Shown: positions 52,943 through 64,000 of the stretch, in pieces
Layout of the letters: the number at the start of each line of letters is the position of its first letter
Position numbering within the stretch: position 1 is the first letter of the stretch
Source: Octopus sinensis
Lineage: Eukaryota
Direction: 5' to 3'
Assembly: GCF_006345805.1 (NCBI RefSeq)
Contig: NC_043002.1
Location: 10,292,001 to 10,356,000 of the forward strand
DNA: 64,000 bases
Notes under the pieces: generated by a model
Databases searched by the model: none
The model's input: only the letters and a program-made list of their open reading frames with translations
What the model was told of the DNA's origin: nothing
Translations under genes and position numbers: made by a program

Positions 52943-53010
52943 CAGGCAAATAGCGTAATGGTTAAGAGCGCGGGCTACTAACCCCAAGATTCCGATTTCA
53001 ATTCTAGGCA
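52943..53010 (+). mobile_element. Short tRNA-derived SINE-like insert
   Basis: agcgtaatggttaagagcgcgggctactaacccc...atttcaattctagg followed by (AAT)-like tail; not a foldable intact tRNA. Confidence 0.5.
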
Positions 53011-53086
53011 GTATCTTGAATAAATAAATATTAATAATAATAATAATAATGATAACATCAGGGTTGGGTTTAAAATTCTACCAGGA

Positions 53087-53128
53087 CACCTGATGAAGGC
53101 TGGAGAGTAAATCAGCCGAAACGATGTG
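53087..53128 (+). ncRNA. Minimal hammerhead ribozyme motif of the Penelope pLTR (probably inactivated)
   Basis: cac-CTGATGA-A-GGCTG-10nt-CAGCC-GAAA-CG-AT-gtg; the expected U before the cleavage base is A. Confidence 0.7.
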
Positions 53129-53837
53129 GTAACAACAAACAAGATGAGGACACATCCGTCCAATGTAAATAGTGTAAATAATACACACATGTATGTACGT
53201 ATGTATGTACATATGTACGTATGTGAGATTCAGTTACAAGGATTCTTTAAGGATCAAAGCATATAAGCATGTAAAAGCCCAGAACATGGCTAGCTGCAAA
53301 CACATCGAGATCTCAGTGAAATAAATCAACTATGTCGACTTCAAGTACTTGCAGGATATAGTAGATATGATTTAAATCAACAGAGACGTCGATTGTAAAA
53401 TTCTACGGGAACAGGTAGGTGTGTGTGGGCGTGTGTGTGTGGGTGGGTGAGGAGGCGTTTCTGTGTGTGGGTGTATATATGCGAATGTGTATGTATATCA
53501 ATTTAAATAGCAATTTAAATTATTCAGATTTGTAATTATATCATGAACAAAATAATGCTTTTCACCTGCATTATATCGGTGTATTTGAACTGCAGCAACA
53601 TAGGGGTAGCCATATTGGTTTCACCTAATATTTCATTGAGTATACTTAAACTAAAATATTCTAATAATGGATATACGCGAGCTTCACATTAAGGACAAGT
53701 TATCCGCCTCATGGCTATTTGCAAAACTATTCCAAAGCCTATTTTGATTTAATATTTAACATCTTACAATGTTCCAATTATTGCTGTTACGTTCTCACCA
53801 ATATCAGTATACAAAATAAGGGGAAAGGAACTCATTT

Positions 53838-54210
53838 ATCACTTCCGCCTTAGCGAAGGCGGAGGTGTTGTTTCAGTCGCGTTTGTTTGTTTGTTTCCTT
53901 GTCCGTGAGCACGATATCTCAAGAACTATTGGATAGATTCGGATGAAACTTTGAGGGACGTTTGGCATTGAGTCTGGCACGAGCTGATTAGATTTTGGGA
54001 TCACTCTGGCACCCGACAAGGATTTGGGATTACTTTTCCTGTTTTTCTTTTAAATTATTGTGATCGGCCGGGTTCACTTTTAGTATTCTCGTTTGTGAGA
54101 GCAGTCGAGTTTATTTCAGATATTCTCATTTAAAAAAATCATCTCTGGCTAATCATTGAGAGGACTTTGGTGTTTTCTTCTCGGTGATTTGCGATCTCTG
54201 AGTTTTCAAT
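53838..54210 (+). mobile_element. HINE/Helentron-associated-like non-autonomous element
   Basis: 5' hairpin cttccgcc-ttagcgaa-ggcggagg, (GTTT)n, ctcaagaactattggatagattcggatgaaacttt core, 3' end gatttgcgatctctgagtttt. Confidence 0.5.
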
Positions 54211-55089
54211 AATTTGATGATAATTTTCATTACAGTTATAGTAACACATCGTGGACAGTAACAGGGAGAAATGTGCTTTTCAGCTGAATGACTTGTTTTG
54301 CAAGCACATCGATAACACAAAATCGTTCTGCTAGCCTTATGATAAATGGAAGGACGTCTTGCTTACCATACTCTGCTCTTTAGTATTCCGTTGTTAAAAT
54401 CACTCGTCTTTTAGGGCACCAGAAAATACATGCAAGAACTACGAAATAAATTCCAAAGGGATATATGACTTAATTATCTTGTATTTTCATTATGTATCAT
54501 CACCTGAAATTCTCAATAAATGTTCTGTAAGAATAGATATTTTATGGAATTGTACACATTTCCTAATTTTCATACGCCACTTCGATGTTCGCATATTTTT
54601 CTAAATAACCTTAAACAGTATGGGTCTCACATTAGCAACAATGCATCCAGAAAAAATTTCACCCTACTGCCTGGCAGGAAGCCTCTCGTAGACACGTCCA
54701 AGACACAAGCCAACTAGCCCGCTGTCACTGAATTTTCTGTCGCTACTATGGTCATTTCTGATGCTTCGAGCTAGCAGGACTCATACGCCCACACCTAACC
54801 AAGCATTCCCGTCCAACTTGCTTCTGCACCACTCATTACATTTTTGTATCCAACCTCCAAGACCTTCACTAATCAATACATCCACTTATACATTGCTAGA
54901 ACATCAGTCGTCTGGAATTCCTCCAGTTCATGTTCTTCCTGCATGTATCATGTTACCAAGACTCGTGGGGAACATTATGGCATCAATCTCACTGGCGCCG
55001 AAGAGTGGCCATGAGCCCCACCCTCCCTCAAGAGCCATGTTGTAAAAAATATAAAATCTATTCACCTATGTTGCAAGTTGAGGTTTGTC

Positions 55090-55325
55090 CAACCTTCCAT
55101 GTTTCTTGCGCGCAATTCCTGGGAGTGTCAAGGGTGTAAATCCTTCAGTCACCTGTATAGACGTTTATGAGGGTCAACCGTCATTACACTTTCTGGTTGG
55201 ATTCCAAAGTATGACCAATTGCGTGAACGGATATTAGCTAACCATCTCGTACTAGGTCTACCCTTAGATATCCTCCCGGTTAGATCGGCTTGAAGAATCC
55301 GTGTTATGGTTTTTCCAGTGACATT
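55090..55325 (-). mobile_element. RTE-clade LINE C-terminal fragment
   Basis: TRILQADLTGRISKGRPSTRWLANI...WSYFGIQPE. Confidence 0.6.
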
Positions 55326-56302
55326 CTAGTTACGTGTCCGTAGTGCGCGAGTTGTGAATTCTCGATGACGAGAAGTAGAGGCTGACACGTCCAGGAGAGA
55401 CTCCGTGTTCTCCGAGATTCGCACTCTGTTGAGTAATGTTGCTCCAGAATTCCTCCAGAAGAATCCTATTTCGACCGTTTGATTTTGCAATCATACTCTT
55501 TCGGTCATTCCGCAACAATCACGACCACGTTGAGGTTTATGCTTCATATTTCGGTTTCCATTTCACCTGACACGCTTTTATAACTGCAGCGAAAACACGC
55601 ATGAAATCAAAGAGCAACCAATTACACTAGAATAATTCTTAATTTAGAAAACAAAAAGCACATAAAAAGGACATATGCATCATTTAAAACCAGCTAAACC
55701 TGATTTTAGAATTGATGAATTTTCTGATTTAGCTGTAGTTTCGAAATTATCCCCAAGTCTATTTTAGGTTTCTACTCGATATTCTACTCTGATCCCTTCA
55801 TTGGAGTTACATTCTCAGCGTATGTACCGGCAATACAAGCGGAATGGATTTCCGTTGGAAATCCTTTGATTATGATACTCCGCATAATTTTAGTAACACA
55901 CCACGGTCAGTAACTAAAACAAAAATGCTTTCCAGGAAGTTGATTTACTTAGCAAATATTTCATCGACAGAAAATCGTTATCTTTGCTTAGTGACCTAGA
56001 AAGTTTGCTTTATTTATTATACACTTCTCTTTATTGTAAGCGCTCTAATAATATTTGTGTTTCTGAATCGCCAAAAATATTACCAGGCATTATATAGTAA
56101 ACTTTAAAGAACATATTAAATAATTTTTGTCTTTGTTTTTTTTTTTGAGGGGGGTGGGGGAGATAAAATTCAGTATTCAGCATAGTTTCCATATCTTTAG
56201 GCAATAGGTCTTTGACAAGTTCTATGACTCAACAGGCTGGTTACTCTGGTGCTTTGGCGTATAAGTGACCGATGTCACATTTACTCAAAAGATGACACCA
56301 AT

Positions 56303-56451
56303 CATCGCTGTCTTATCCATTTACAACTGAGTAAAGTAGAACAGCATAAAATGAAGTATTGCACAAAAGCACAACGCACTTCTCTGTCCAGAACTCGAAA
56401 CCACGACCGAGCGATCCTAAGTGCAGCTCTCTAACTGCTATGTCACGCACC
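56303..56451 (-). mobile_element. SINE family C-like, old
   Basis: Minus strand gtgcgtgacatagcagttagagagc...gtttcgagttctgga...tactcagttgtaaatgg. Confidence 0.5.
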
Positions 56452-57514
56452 TTTAATATCATCTTCATGTTGGTAGTAAAATATAACATACAGGCGAGTG
56501 ACTTCGGTTCGAAATCATTTCCTGAAATTCACTATTTTTGAAAAAGCATATTGGAATAGCGTATCGTATGTTTTATTCCGAGAAAATATGTACATGTTTC
56601 TGCATTATTAAGCCTTTTTCAGTAAAACACATATCTCTGAAATCATCAGGATTGTAAAAACAAGCCGAGAAAGGCCAGACTCAATATGTTTTCACTATGT
56701 TACCATAACCATATTCAGCACTCTAACTTTCGAATTCTATATTTTAATTAATTTTAATATTATTATAATTATGCAGTTATCTCCCCTAAATGTTTCGATC
56801 AAAATTGATCAATGCATATTTACCAATACTATTTAAAATTGAAAATAATAGTACCAACCAACCAACCAACCAACCAACCATATATACTACATATTTTGAA
56901 GTTAGAATATATTATCAGACATTTCAGAATAAATGAATTTATTAAAACCGCGCTTTGAAAAATTCAAAATGAGAATGAAAAAGGAGGAAGAAGACTATAT
57001 TCGTTATTCTGGGTTTTGATTTGAAAATTACAATTCCACTAGCTGCCAACTGCTGTCATACGATTTGTTTTCACCTGTATTAAAACGAATCAGATTGTTG
57101 TTCGGAGCAACTTTCTTTATGGCCGTAAGAATTTACATTAATTCTCTATAGCAATGGCCAATTATTATTCATGTCAGATAGCAGAATCAAAATTTGAATA
57201 TTTGATATCTAAAACATAGTGGATTTTTTTTTTCTAAAATAATTATTCTACCATCCGAATTCTTCGTTCACTTATTTAGATGGAAATACATCGTGGCATT
57301 TCAAACTCCCATTACGGAATACATTAGATTATAATTCATTTATTTTCTTTGTTTCTCCGTGTGCCACAAGAGATCTTTTGGCATGCAGCAGCTTCCAGTT
57401 AGCGTGCTCAGCTTCAAGCATTTGAAATTTGTTACACTACAGATACAATGCTAGTGTGCCCTTAATTTTAATCATTCAATATTTTTAGGTTGGCATTGCT
57501 TGCTAACGAAATAT

Positions 57515-57895
57515 TCCGCATGCCCAGATTCTCGTGTTCCGATATCCCTCACATACATCATCATTTCATCATCATTGTTCGACCATGGTCGAGACAATGG
57601 AATTTACCATGCTACGCCAGACTTCACGGTCCATCATAGCATTACGGAGGTCCTGTTGCTGGATGCCTGTATCCCTGGAGATTACATCAGGGTAGGAGAG
57701 TGTGTGCCCTCTGGTATTGCGAGCAGATGGCTTCCAGAGGAGAAGAGTAGAAATTGCCTCGTTTTCAGCTCTACAACAATGTCCAGCAAACCGGACTCTC
57801 CTACCCTTCACAACAGATGACATACACTTTGCAGCAGTTGTCCATAAGTCCTTTTCCTGTAGTAACAGGGATAAATCAACTGACCTCACCATATT
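57515..57895 (-). mobile_element. RTE-clade LINE 3' end with (TGA)n-like tail
   Basis: RRVRFAGHCCRAENEAISTLLLWKP...LRNAMMDREVWRSMV (ORF 57572..57892). Confidence 0.85.
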
Positions 57896-58221
57896 ACCTT
57901 TCAGCTGACACTGGTGTCGTTAGAGTATAACGAGTGTGGATATTTACAACAAATGGAAACGGCGGATATTATTCTTTTTCTCGTAGCTTACATATTTTTG
58001 CTATTGTATATATTTCTGTTGTATGCAGTACTATTCTTGAATAATTTATGAGTCGATTGTTGTTGCGCAGTACTACTTGTAATGGGCAGCATGTTATTCA
58101 CGAGACTATTTGTATCTCACATTTAAGGCAAAACGAAATCATAGATAAAGCTAGTCCCATTGATTTCTGTATCTTGCAGAACATTTATAAATAAATTACA
58201 ATAAATTACATAGACATGCTC

Positions 58222-58393
58222 GGGCGCAGGATTGGCTGTGTGGTAAATAGCTTGCTAACCAACCACATGGTTCCGGGTTTAGTCCCACTGCGTGGCACCT
58301 TGGGCAAGTGTCTTCTGCTATAGCCCCGGGCTGACCAAAGCCTTGTGAGTGGATTTGGTAGACGGAAACTGAAAGAAGCCTGTCGTATATATG

Positions 58394-58451
<58 letters not shown>

Positions 58452-58679
58452 GTGTGTGTGTTTGTGTGTCTGTGTTTGTCCCCCTAGCAGTGCTTGACAA
58501 CCGATGCTGGTGTGTTTACGTCCCCGTCACTTAGCTGTTCGGCAAAAGAGACTGATAGAGTAAGCACTGGGCTTACAAAGAATAAGTCCCGGGGTCGATT
58601 TGCTCGACTAAAGGCGGTGCTCCAGCATGGCCGCAGTCAAAATGACTGAAACAAGTAAAAGAGTAAAGAGTAAAGAGTA
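58222..58679 (+). mobile_element. SINE family B, full length
   Basis: ggcgcaggattggctgtgtgg...aatgactgaaacaagtaaaagagtaaagagtaaagagta. Confidence 0.93.
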
Positions 58680-59620
58680 TATGTAGGAAAATATTTAACT
58701 ATCTCTTCCCGTACAATTTAGTCCGTAAATATCTATACGTCATAAATATATCTTCAACTATTAATTTACATAGCTGCACCTACATTTTAGGGGGGAGAAA
58801 ATAGTTTACAATATGTCAGATTTGATCAGCCTGCTAAACAACTATGTCCACTGGTTCAGATTACCATATTTTCCAAGAAAATTTGAACTCAGCCTATTGC
58901 ATGTTTGTGATAGATTTCACAACAGGTGTCCACCACTGAAACAGTGTTTCACTGAAATAGCTGCCAGTCTTAGCATATACATATACCAGTGAAAGGAGGC
59001 ATGATTGTGTAGCTTTTGCAGAAGTCAAAATACTCTTCATAGACATGCTCAATTAAGAACAAAATAGATGGACAGTGGTTAAACCTCCGAAGGTCTAGAA
59101 CCGAAAGACGAAAGGCGGTGTTGAAGCTAGCATTTTATACTGTACTATCGGCTCACCGGAATGTTTGGAAGTGACTGTTTCTCGTGACCTTATCAGAAGG
59201 CTGTAACTGGTTGGGTTGCACATTGGTGCGTAACAGAGCAAGAGACAAAAGCGCGCCAATACTAACCAATCAGAGTAGTGGACACAACAGGGTCCAAAAG
59301 GGCAGTCGAAGGCTAGCTGTTATCTACTACGTCTGTACTCATGTATATATAACACAGAGAGTGTCCGCTACATTTATTTCAGAGCAATGTGGACATCGTA
59401 TTTGCGCGCGCGCGTGTGTGCGTGTGTATATATACATACGTATATACACACATGCATATATACATACTAATATAAACCCCTATATATATAGGTCTTAGTA
59501 CATATACATACATGAAAGGGAATATGTATGTATATATTATATATATATATGATATGAGGATAATAATAATAATAATAATAATAATATAATAATAATAATA
59601 ATAATAATAATATAATAATA

Positions 59621-60929
59621 AACTTTAGCTGTCCCAGTTATAAGTTACAGCTACAATATCCTTAACTGGACACGAAATGAACTGACCAAAATAGATAGGA
59701 AAACAAGAAAAATAATGACAGGATCTAGGATGCATCACCCAAAATCTGACATAGAAAGACTATATATACAACGTATAGAAGGTAGTAGAGGCCTTATACA
59801 GCTGGAAAACTACTATAAAATAACCACCATAGGACTGCAAAAATACCTACTTCAGAAGGAAGAAAAACTGATCCAGATAGCGGCAAAACACGAGCAAAAC
59901 AAAAACTGTTCTCAGTATTTAAGGAAGCTGACAAATACAAACAAGAAATCATACCACCTAATAAACATGAAGAAGAAGAAGAAGATGAAGAAACAACAAA
60001 AGCTATAAAACAAATGAAATCCAAACTAAAACAGAACAGCAACGAACCATGATAAAACGATAGCAAGAAAAGCCCCTTCATGGTAAATACTGCACTAAAC
60101 TAAACACAAAAGAAATAGACAAAGAAAAATCCCAGCAATGGTTGAGAAGCTCAGGACTCAAAGCAGAAACAGAGGGATTTTTAATTGCAGCACAAGACCA
60201 AAGCCTCCCCACCAGAAATTACCAAAACATGTAATGAAAGAAATATTACAAGTACCTGCAGAATATGTGGAGATGGACAAGAAACAATAAATCATATTAT
60301 CTCTAGCTGCCCAGTCCTGGCTAAGAAGGAATATATTCACAGACATGACAGAGTTGGAACCTACATACATTGGAAGCTATGCCAACATTATGGAATAACA
60401 ACAGAAAAAAGATGGTATAGGCACACACCAGAAAAGGTCACAGAAAACGAGAAAGCAACCATACTCTGGGATATGCCGATACACACAGATAGAGAAATTA
60501 AGGCCAACAGACCAGATATAGTTTTCAGAGATCATGAAGAAAAAAAATGCTTTTTAATTGATGTATCAATACCGGCAGATGACAACGTGTCTCTAAAAGA
60601 AATGGAGAAACTCTCAAAATACAAAGACCTGGAAATAGAGGTAACTAGAATGTGGAATCTGAAAACAGAAACAATTCCTATCATAGTAGGTGCATTAGGC
60701 ATGATAAAAAAATATTCAGACAAATACATAACAAAAACACCAGGACTTACAAACACATATAACATACAGAAAATTGCACTACTAGGCACTGCCCACATCC
60801 TACGCAGAACACTTTCCATACAATAACCATCAGAGCATCACAACAAATCACAGCACATACCCAAGGCACACAGAGCTGCGCTCGGTAGTGAAGTGAAAGC
60901 ACGCTATAAAAATAAAAATAAAACTACTG
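59621..60929 (+). mobile_element. R4/Dong-like LINE, 5'-truncated, flanked by (AAT)n
   Basis: HHPKSDIERLYIQR; CRICGDGQETINHIISSCPVLAKKEYIHRHD; KANRPDIV...LIDVSIP; highly similar to 23595..24900. Confidence 0.93.
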
Positions 60930-61094
60930 AATAATAATAATAATTGAACACCCCACCCATATAGTGAGTGGTATGTGTGGTCGTTAAAAATACTGTAACG
61001 TAGGAAGTCGAATGGTCGAGAAGTCGGTGAAGTCAGTCATAGATAGTCGTGTCTTTACTTGTCTAACTAATTATACTGCTATACCGGATATATT

Positions 61095-62450
61095 TCTGAC
61101 AAGATATATCCTCTAAATAACGTATTAAAATTTCCTCTAAACAGCCAACAAGTAAAAGCCTTTGAGACATTAAAGGTAGAACTAGCCAATGCTGCTATTA
61201 AAGTAATAGATGAGAACATTCCATTTACTGTCGAGATGCATGCTTCGGATTTTGAAATATCTGCAACACTAAATCAAGATGGAAGACCAGTTGCCTTCCA
61301 TTCTCGCGCGTTACAAGGTAGCGAACAGTACCATTCCTCAGTTGAAAAGGAAGCCCAAGCAATTATCGAATCAATTCATCATTGGGGACACTTTCTTTAA
61401 GTTAGACATTTCACATTAATTACTGACCTACATTCTGTCGCACTCATGTATAATTATAAAGCAACGAGTAAAATTTAAAATGATAAAATTATGAGATCGC
61501 GCATTGCGTATTTCCATACTCATATGATGTTCACTATGACCCAGGATCCAGCAACATCGCTCCGGATGCATTCACGGGGGTACACTGTTTAGCAATTAGT
61601 TCACAATCACTTTATGAGTTACATGTAGCACTGTCCCATCCTGGTGTAGTACGCCTTCATCATTTCGTCCTCAGTAGAAATCTCCCATATTCGTTAGAGA
61701 ACGTGAGACAAATATATAGGAATTGCTCTATATGTCAAGAAGTGAAACCGCAATATTATAAACCAAACTCAATTAACTTAATTAAGGCCATGCAGCCTTT
61801 CGTGCGAATTTCCACCGATTTCTATGGTCCGATTCCTTCCACGAAGCATCCTTATCTCCTAAGAATCGTTGACGAATACTCTCGGCTTCCGTTTGGTTAT
61901 CCAGTATCTGACACATCAGCTCAGGCTATAATAAATGCCTTACAGACTTGTTCTTAGTCTTTGGTTTTCCCAGTTTTGTACATTCCGATCATGGAACTGC
62001 ATTTATGCCTACAACATTGAGAGATTGTTTCCTCAGTAAGGATATTGCAACGAGTAGGACGACACCATACAATCCCACTGGGAACAGTCAAATAGAAATA
62101 TATAATGGTATTATTTGGAAATCAGTTTTCCTCTCTTTGAAAACTCGTGCCCTTCCAGTATCTTCATGGGAATCAGTTCTTCCAGACGCGTTGCATTCAA
62201 TCAGATCTCTACTTTGTACGTCCACTAACACCACACCCCATGAACGTTTGTTTAACTATCAAAAACGTTCAGCAACAGGAACATCTATGCCAACATGACT
62301 TCTTAACCCAGGATCTGTGCTTGTTCAAAGGAACAATCGCACTAACAAGTATGATCTTAACGTGGACCAAGTTGATTTAATCGAATCCAACCCCCAGTAT
62401 GCTCACGTGCGTTACCCAGTCGGTCGCGAAACCACAGTATCCAAAAAAGT
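61095..62450 (+). mobile_element. Ty3/Gypsy LTR retrotransposon pol fragment (RNase H + integrase), degenerate
   Basis: FTVEMHASDF..ATLNQDGRPVAFHSR..VEKEAQAI (RH); HVALSHPG...CSICQEVKP (HHCC); STDFYGP, VDEYSR, VHSDHG, TTPYNPTGNSQIE (DDE); RH-then-IN order. Confidence 0.9.
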
Positions 62451-63780
62451 CGTTCATTCACTTGGGTGATCGACGTCCCCTTTATGATGTTCGCAAGTTC
62501 CCGAGACTGGCTTCTTCGACATCAGAATAGGTAACCACTCTATAAACGTCTAAGATATACTGCAGCTTTCCGTCCTCATACATGTTATTCCGAGTGTTAA
62601 CTATAGTGACCTATCTTTCTTCCACTGCGTCAAGCACTGTGCATTAGAGGGCTTTGCCTACACATCGTCTGACTAGATGCAGACCCTCCCAATTCTGAAC
62701 GTTGCGGCGTCACACCTGCGTGTCTCGATTCATACAGGAGTATAGACCCTTTTGTCCTACCCTAGGCGAAATATATTGTATCGAAATCTGCCTCAGTGAG
62801 GAAGATTCGCATCTTCTCAGCCTTGTCATTGATCATGCGATGGTGTCGCTCCGCAATTCCATTTCCACTGAAAAAATGCGAAGACATCCACAGTGAAATT
62901 AGTCTACTTCCTGATCTCACAAATAATACGATGTTCTATTCCTATTAATATTCTGATTGAGACAGAGTTTATTGGAAATGTGTTTAAAATATAATTATTG
63001 TACCCCGTTTAAAATGTTTTATATAATTGCAATTTTCTAATAAGTTATCTTAAGCCACCAAAATCATCCACCTCCTCACAGCGTACTCTGAACACTTGCC
63101 CTCACTTTGTGGTTGAGAATTACTTTAACTCGTGAAGTTTGCTAACAGTAGCTGTTATGTCGTCTTCGTTATTATCTTCGAATAACGTGCATCCTCTATC
63201 ACCGACTTGTTCACTCAGTAGAATAAAATTATTGATTATTAACGCTTTAGCATATTTACACTTAATAATTTTTAATTGCACGATGTGTCTTTTTAATTCC
63301 GACATTCTTTTATAGAACGACAATTCCTCTTGTTTACTGGTTCTCTTAATTACCTACGATCTCTGATGTATACGATTTTGGACGGAAATAGAATCACATA
63401 TTCGAAGAAGCAATGAAATGGAAAGAATCTTACGACGTAGAATGTAGACTAATGGTACGTACGATTATCGATTAATTTAATTGCTATCAGATACTGCGGG
63501 CCAAATGACACAACCGTTTCGTCTGGAACCAGGATTTACTATATTCTAATTTAATGAGTTATAAACATATCTAAAGACCTGGAAAGTGTCATCCAAGTTA
63601 CCTAATTGCTACTTCCATTTATATCCATTGAGCATTTATCACTTATTTCGGGTAAAACTATCGCCTATTCATATTTCATTATGTAAAGATAAGCGATCGT
63701 ATAATTCCAGTATGTATCTATAAGGTTTCAGTTTCTTTGTTTAGTCTTTCTAAACTATATCTATAATCTTCATTCACCTA

Positions 63781-64000
63781 TACTCTTTACTCCTTTTACT
63801 CTTTTACTTGTTTCAGTCATTTGACTGCGGCCATGCTGGAGCACCGCCTTTAGTCGAGCAAATCGACCCCGGGACTTATTCTTTGTAAGCCCAGTACTTA
63901 TTCTATCGGTCTCTTTTGGCGAACCGCTAAGTGACGGGGACGTAAACACACCAGCATCGGTTGTCAAGCAATGCTAGGGGGACAAACACAGACACACAAA
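63781..64000 (-). mobile_element. SINE family B 3' half, cut by window end
   Basis: Family tail and body. Confidence 0.92.

Larger units (their letters stand above)
51560..53175 (+). mobile_element. Penelope-like element: RT, GIY-YIG endonuclease and 3' pLTR with hammerhead
   Basis: KIHKVGIPLRPIV; MVSLDVINLFTKIP; GLAMGSPLSPIIANIYME; WFRYVDDTF; YVYSIPCSCSRLYKGET; AVKRGDVEKTGMADHVW; multiple lesions. Confidence 0.9.

Noticed and set aside
60990-61095. Possible LTR remnant starting tgtaacg before the Gypsy pol
   Set aside because: No second LTR, PBS or PPT found; pol starts abruptly at RNase H
62520-62900. GC-elevated segment, possibly a LINE 3' end on the minus strand
   Set aside because: No diagnostic motif recognised; left unannotated

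Overview
AT-rich, repeat-saturated eukaryotic DNA, either intronic or intergenic. It is most likely from an octopus or other coleoid cephalopod; this is inferred from the tRNA-derived SINE families and the dense (TA)n/(AAT)n/(GAA)n microsatellites. I can support no host protein-coding exon, rRNA, intact tRNA or CRISPR array, and most ORFs in the track are microsatellite or antisense artefacts. The recognisable coding remnants are all transposon-derived: CR1, RTE, R4/Dong-like and HERO-like LINEs, Penelope-like elements (RT + GIY-YIG), a Ty3/Gypsy pol fragment, and mariner, Tc1 and Tigger/pogo transposases. There are also at least four SINE families (labelled A-D here, my own labels), a Merlin-like MITE and a HINE-like element. 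The most notable observations are: (i) several families of short microsatellite-embedded elements carrying minimal hammerhead-ribozyme folds with non-canonical cores and covarying stem I; (ii) SINE multimers inserted as single events under one TSD, with evidence of priming at the unit junction; (iii) an unclassified ~556-bp non-coding (AAT)n-tailed retroposon stacked with Dong-like LINEs; and (iv) a high density of unrelated local fold-back inversions. Coordinates were read by eye and may be off by a few bases.
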